From: an uncultured virus (IMG/VR IMGVR_UViG_3300009034_000021)
Taxonomy: Duplodnaviria > Heunggongvirae > Uroviricota > Caudoviricetes
Virus record (IMG/VR): IMGVR_UViG_3300009034_000021
Location: 1-64,000 of that record
Length of the DNA stretch: 64,000 nucleotides
Direction: 5' to 3' (one strand)
Shown here: one piece after another, positions 60,327 through 64,000 of the stretch
How positions within the stretch are numbered: position 1 is the stretch's first letter
Layout: each line of letters opens with the position of its first letter
Notes under the pieces: model-generated
The model's database searches: none
What the model saw: the letters and a program-made list of their open reading frames with translations, nothing else
What the model was told of the DNA's origin: nothing
Program-made: the position numbers and the translations under genes

Positions 60327-61631
60327 TCAGTTTATGGAGCCGCGGGCGGGCGGCGTCGGGGCAAGATCACCACAGCGGTCAATCTCGTAGCTGTCAAAGA
60401 TATTGTCATCAGTATCTACTGCGTCCAGACGCAGCCGGCAGTCATCAATTTTTATCTCTAAGAAGTGATTGAGGTCGTCATTGAAAAAGAGTGTAAACCA
60501 ATCACCGAAGGCTGAGAGCAGAGGACCTCCGCCTCCGCCCGTGACATAATAAACTACACCTCCGTCCTGGAGGGTGGTGCAGGTGTTGTTGAGGATAGGA
60601 CAGGTTCGCTCATAATGGTGATCGTGTCCATTGAAAACGACATCCACACTATAAGTTTCGAAGATTGGCACCAGGTGGGTCTGTATCTCACTCGTGCTGC
60701 CACTATGGCTGCCGGAACTGTAGGCTGGATGATGGAAGAGGACAAACTTCCAGGGCTGTGTGCTGGCTTGCAGATCGTTCACCAGCCAGTTGTACTGAGT
60801 GCTGCCGGTGCCATAGTCCTGGTTTGTGTCTAATGCCACAAAATGAGCGTTCCCCCAGTCGAAGGAATAGTACTCCTCTTTGTGGCCAAAAGGCGCATTA
60901 CCCGGCAGGTAGTAGACGTCAGTGTAGCCCTGGTATCCACAGCTACCGCCACCCAATTCATGGTTCCCCACGCTGGGATAGAAGGCGGTATCGCCCATGA
61001 TTTGCTGGTAAAGCTGAAAATAAGCCCAGGTATATTGATCCCATGAACTGTCGCTACCAGAGCAATTGCCGCCCTTGTCTACGATGTCGCCGGTATGAAG
61101 AGCCAGGTCAAAACTGTGTTGTTCTATCTCGGCCGCCATGTTCTGGGCACCTGGGCTTGGTGGCAAGCTGACATCATAAGGCCGGCTATCACCCAGGACG
61201 ACAAAGGCGAGCTGTGTTGCTGTGGAATCAGATGCGGTGGTAAAGGCGATCTCCGGCCAAGGCGTTACATCGTTATCATCAATGTGTACCCTGTAATAAT
61301 AAGTGGTCTCTGCCATCAGACCACTGATAGTGGCCGAGTGCCAATGCTTGCCATCGTAGGTGTTGCCAGTGGCGATGGCTACATTACTATAGCTTCGGTC
61401 GAGGCCGTAGTGTATTTTACCAGTCCCTATGTTTTCTGTGGCCCAAGAGATAACCACCGAAGTAGTGGTAGTTTCGCCGATGTACGGATGGACTAGCAGG
61501 CTAGATGAAATTGAATCTTGCTGTACTAAAGGCAAGAACGTTGAATATTCGAATTCGGATTCCTGAGCATAGATCAGAGTCACACATATCAGGACCCCAA
61601 CTAATGATACAAACAGCAATATGTATTTCAT
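60327..61631 (-). CDS. Secreted purple acid phosphatase-like metallophosphoesterase with an FN3 domain
   Basis: Signal peptide, FLPLV, LMAETTYYYRV, VLGDSR, TGDIV, VGNHE, FHHP, NGHDH. Confidence 0.9.
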   Translation of the reverse strand: MKYILLFVSLVGVLICVTLIYAQESEFEYSTFLPLVQQDSISSSLLVHPYIGETTTTSVVISWATENIGTGKIHYGLDRSYSNVAIATGNTYDGKHWHSATISGLMAETTYYYRVHIDDNDVTPWPEIAFTTASDSTATQLAFVVLGDSRPYDVSLPPSPGAQNMAAEIEQHSFDLALHTGDIVDKGGNCSGSDSSWDQYTWAYFQLYQQIMGDTAFYPSVGNHELGGGSCGYQGYTDVYYLPGNAPFGHKEEYYSFDWGNAHFVALDTNQDYGTGSTQYNWLVNDLQASTQPWKFVLFHHPAYSSGSHSGSTSEIQTHLVPIFETYSVDVVFNGHDHHYERTCPILNNTCTTLQDGGVVYYVTGGGGGPLLSAFGDWFTLFFNDDLNHFLEIKIDDCRLRLDAVDTDDNIFDSYEIDRCGDLAPTPPARGSIN

Positions 61632-61654
61632 TACTACTTCTTTCTATCAATCAA

Positions 61655-61816
61655 GACTGCGGGCAGGTCTCTCACCTGCTCCCACGTTGGCCCTTCGTGG
61701 CGTCATGGCCATGACGCCACCATGGGGTTTGACGGACAGCGCGAGGCATATCCGTAGTGGGTCTACCAGTCCAGCGTGTCCATTAAGCGGTTAATCCACT
61801 CCGCGCCGCCGCAGTC
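61655..61816 (-). ncRNA. tRNA-like structured RNA (non-canonical)
   Basis: Acceptor GACTGCGG/CCGCAGTC, T-arm GCAGG-TGAGAGA-CCTGC, internal perfect 24-bp palindrome at 61697-61720. Confidence 0.55.
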
Positions 61817-61820
61817 CTGT

Positions 61821-62165
61821 TTATCCTTGTTCTTCAACGCGCCCTCTTGCCCATCTGACCCACCGTTTGCGCTCCATCGGCTCCTCTTCTATGTCAAATG
61901 AACAGAGCCAACAGAAAAGTATACCATCGATTTCTCTCGTCATTATGGGCCAATCCTCTTTGCATCGAGGACAAAAGCCTAAGTCAATTACCTCTGTCTC
62001 TGTCACAATATCCTCCATATTGTCGTAGTCCTGCTTATGTGGTCGGTGTACCGGTCGCCGCCAGCCCCACCTGCCGTACCACCCGTTACCGATCATCCAG
62101 TGGCTCAGGAATTGTGTCCATCCCGGACGACGCCACGTCAATTCGTGGCCTGGCTTGAACCACAC
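61821..62165 (-). CDS. Hypothetical Trp-rich protein with a Zn ribbon
   Basis: CPRC..CWLC. Confidence 0.5.
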   Translation of the reverse strand: MWFKPGHELTWRRPGWTQFLSHWMIGNGWYGRWGWRRPVHRPHKQDYDNMEDIVTETEVIDLGFCPRCKEDWPIMTREIDGILFCWLCSFDIEEEPMERKRWVRWARGRVEEQG

Positions 62166-62704
62166 TATATTTTTCTCAAAACCATTCCTGCCTCTTCTGG
62201 CGTTCTTGGTCCTTTTTTTCTATTACAGAGAGCACAAGCTGGTACAATATTATCGGCAGTATACCCGCCGCCTTGTGTAACGGGTATCACGTGTTCTTGT
62301 TGTAATGAGCTTACTGTTCCACAATAAGCGCATCTATAGTTATATTGTCGGAGAATCTTTTGCCACTCTATATCCGTCAGGGTTGCTGGCAGGGCTGCTT
62401 TCCGCGCACGGCGGCGTTCGGCCCTGGCCCGATCTGCAGCCTTATATCTTTCTGGATCCCGATCTTTATACCTATAATATTTTTCCCTACGCCGAACTAG
62501 AGAAAGTGGGTGTGCAGCATCATAGGTTTTTTGGTAAGTCCTTCTTTCCTCCCGATGTGTTTCTCTGTATATCCGCCAAGTCGTAGGATAAGTGTAATGT
62601 TTCCTGCATTTCTTGCAAGCATACTGCAATCCATCTCTGCGAGTTTTATCTTTATGAAATTCACTTTCGTCCAGAACTCTTTTACATTTTGTGCACTGCT
62701 TCAT
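62165..62704 (-). CDS. HNH endonuclease with an N-terminal Zn finger
   Basis: KQCTKC..CKKC; CAYCG..QEHVIP..NIVPACALCN. Confidence 0.9.
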   Translation of the reverse strand: MKQCTKCKRVLDESEFHKDKTRRDGLQYACKKCRKHYTYPTTWRIYRETHREERRTYQKTYDAAHPLSLVRRREKYYRYKDRDPERYKAADRARAERRRARKAALPATLTDIEWQKILRQYNYRCAYCGTVSSLQQEHVIPVTQGGGYTADNIVPACALCNRKKGPRTPEEAGMVLRKI

Positions 62705-62710
62705 GACAAA

Positions 62711-62848
62711 ACGCCCCTATCATGGCTGCTAAGGTGTCAGACTAAGCAGGGCGATCCTTTCTCGACCGCACATGATAAGGGCGCTTCGTCCACAATATTC
62801 ATTGTGATCCTATAAAAACAAACCGCCCCTTTGTGCTTAGTCTGACAC
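62711..62848 (-). ncRNA. C4-like structured leader upstream of HNH
   Basis: Stem 62712-724/62771-783. The loop 15-mer at 62734-748 is perfectly complementary to 62834-848. Confidence 0.5.
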
Positions 62849-62906
62849 TCCAATTATAGCGGTTTTCGCAGCTTTGTCAATTCAGCACCTTGACACACAT
62901 CGGCTG

Positions 62907-63959
62907 TTAAGTTATTTTGCGCCAATGTGTAACTCCGTCTTTGGTCGTGAACCACTTGGCAAAGAGAGGTTGCACTTTCCAGCGCCAGCCTGTGAATATT
63001 GCCAGTGCTGGCACTGTAGAACCGGTGACCAGCACCAAAAATAGGCCGGTAGGCTTCGGTAATTTTTCTTTTACGGAAATCCACTTCGTTTCTTCAGGCA
63101 TGTTGATTTTTCTCATTCCGTGAGTTGTGGCCTGGCTTGAGAATCTGACTTGCCAGTAAACCATCCATCATAGGAAATCCACTTACCACGAAACCACCAG
63201 CCGCGCTCGGTTGCATAGTCCCCGTGGCCCAGATATGTTCTCAGTTCATCTCGAATGGCTATTTTGTCCAATAACCAAAGATGGAATCGCTGCCACCTAT
63301 TCATAACCATGTCCATCTCTCATCCCACCAGGCAGGATGACTGAAAAGTGCATATGCCTGGGTGGTAACGATTGGTTTTCGTCTAAGTCTCTGCAATAGA
63401 CGTTTGATAGCTTTAATTACGTTAGCCATCGTTTTGTGCAGTCCGATAGGTTAACAAAACCTTATCGCAATGAGGGCACTTGAATTCAATTCGGTAGTCG
63501 CCGTCTTCGGTCTTCGTGGACGACCGAACAGCGCTCACTACCTTTTCGCACTGCCTACAAACACAAAAGTGTTTCATTTCTACTCCGCCGCCATCTCGTG
63601 GCCACAGTCGAGACATACGTATTTCGCCGTGCGTTTACCTGCGCTTACGACGGTTCGCTTGTTGATGTTCGTTGACTTGCACTTCGTGCACTTTACCATC
63701 TCTCGTCTTTCTCCGATTCTGTCACAAGGCGTTTGTAGACAACCCAGAAAGACGAGAGATTGACTTCTGTCGTCCAAACGGAAATCCGCCCTGGCACGAC
63801 ACGATCACGAGCATCGGTTGCCGTGTCTTTGATCCGGACAGATGCGCCCGTTTCCCTGATCGCCTGCTCAAGTAAAGGACGTTTTGCAGAAGGATAATTG
63901 CCGACACAGTGGTCTTTCGTGAGTAGGTATTCGTTCTTCTTAGCTTTTTCCTTATCCAT
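62907..63959 (-). other. Small hypothetical genes (DUF551-like 62907-~63101, 63113-63316, Zn-ribbon ORFs 63422-63700, 63693-63959)
   Basis: WISVKEKLP..VTHW (DUF551-like); CxxC pairs. Confidence 0.5.
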
Positions 63960-64000
63960 CTTCTACTTATCACCTTTCCATTTTTACTGAGCTTAGGGCG

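Noticed and set aside
59701..61816. Canonical tRNA genes
   Set aside because: No standard anticodon arm, TTC T-loop or CCA; kept only as tRNA-like elements.

Overview
This window is most of a tailed (siphovirus-like) phage or prophage genome. The host is probably a Chloroflexota bacterium, inferred from YLPxV-type motifs and the protein families present. The + strand from 1 to 45.5 kb is the late arm: terminase with an intein, portal, MuF, head protease, HK97-type capsid, a ~12 kb glycan-modification cluster, tail and lysis genes. The - strand from 45.5 to 64 kb is the early/middle arm: small ORFs, RNA ligase, SF1 helicase, ThyX-like protein, ParB-methyltransferase, a purple acid phosphatase-like protein and HNH. 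No integrase, DNA polymerase, cas1/cas2 or tnpA was recognised. The standout is a phage-borne CRISPR-associated IscB locus at 794-2760. It has four identical 37-nt repeats, then an anti-repeat fused to an omegaRNA-like scaffold with a candidate promoter of its own, then an IscB with intact RuvC and HNH motifs, which amounts to a minimal crRNA+tracr-like 'proto-Cas9'. Other candidate novelties are a 1.2k-aa head polyprotein (nucleotidyltransferase + ATP-dependent ligase + LigD-like phosphoesterase + prohead protease), a MuF-ADP-ribosyltransferase fusion, glycosyltransferases sharing a putative virion-targeting N-terminal domain, a class 3 intein starting with Leu, and several tRNA-like or C4-like structured RNAs. 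All protein calls come from motif recognition by eye; no database search was run.
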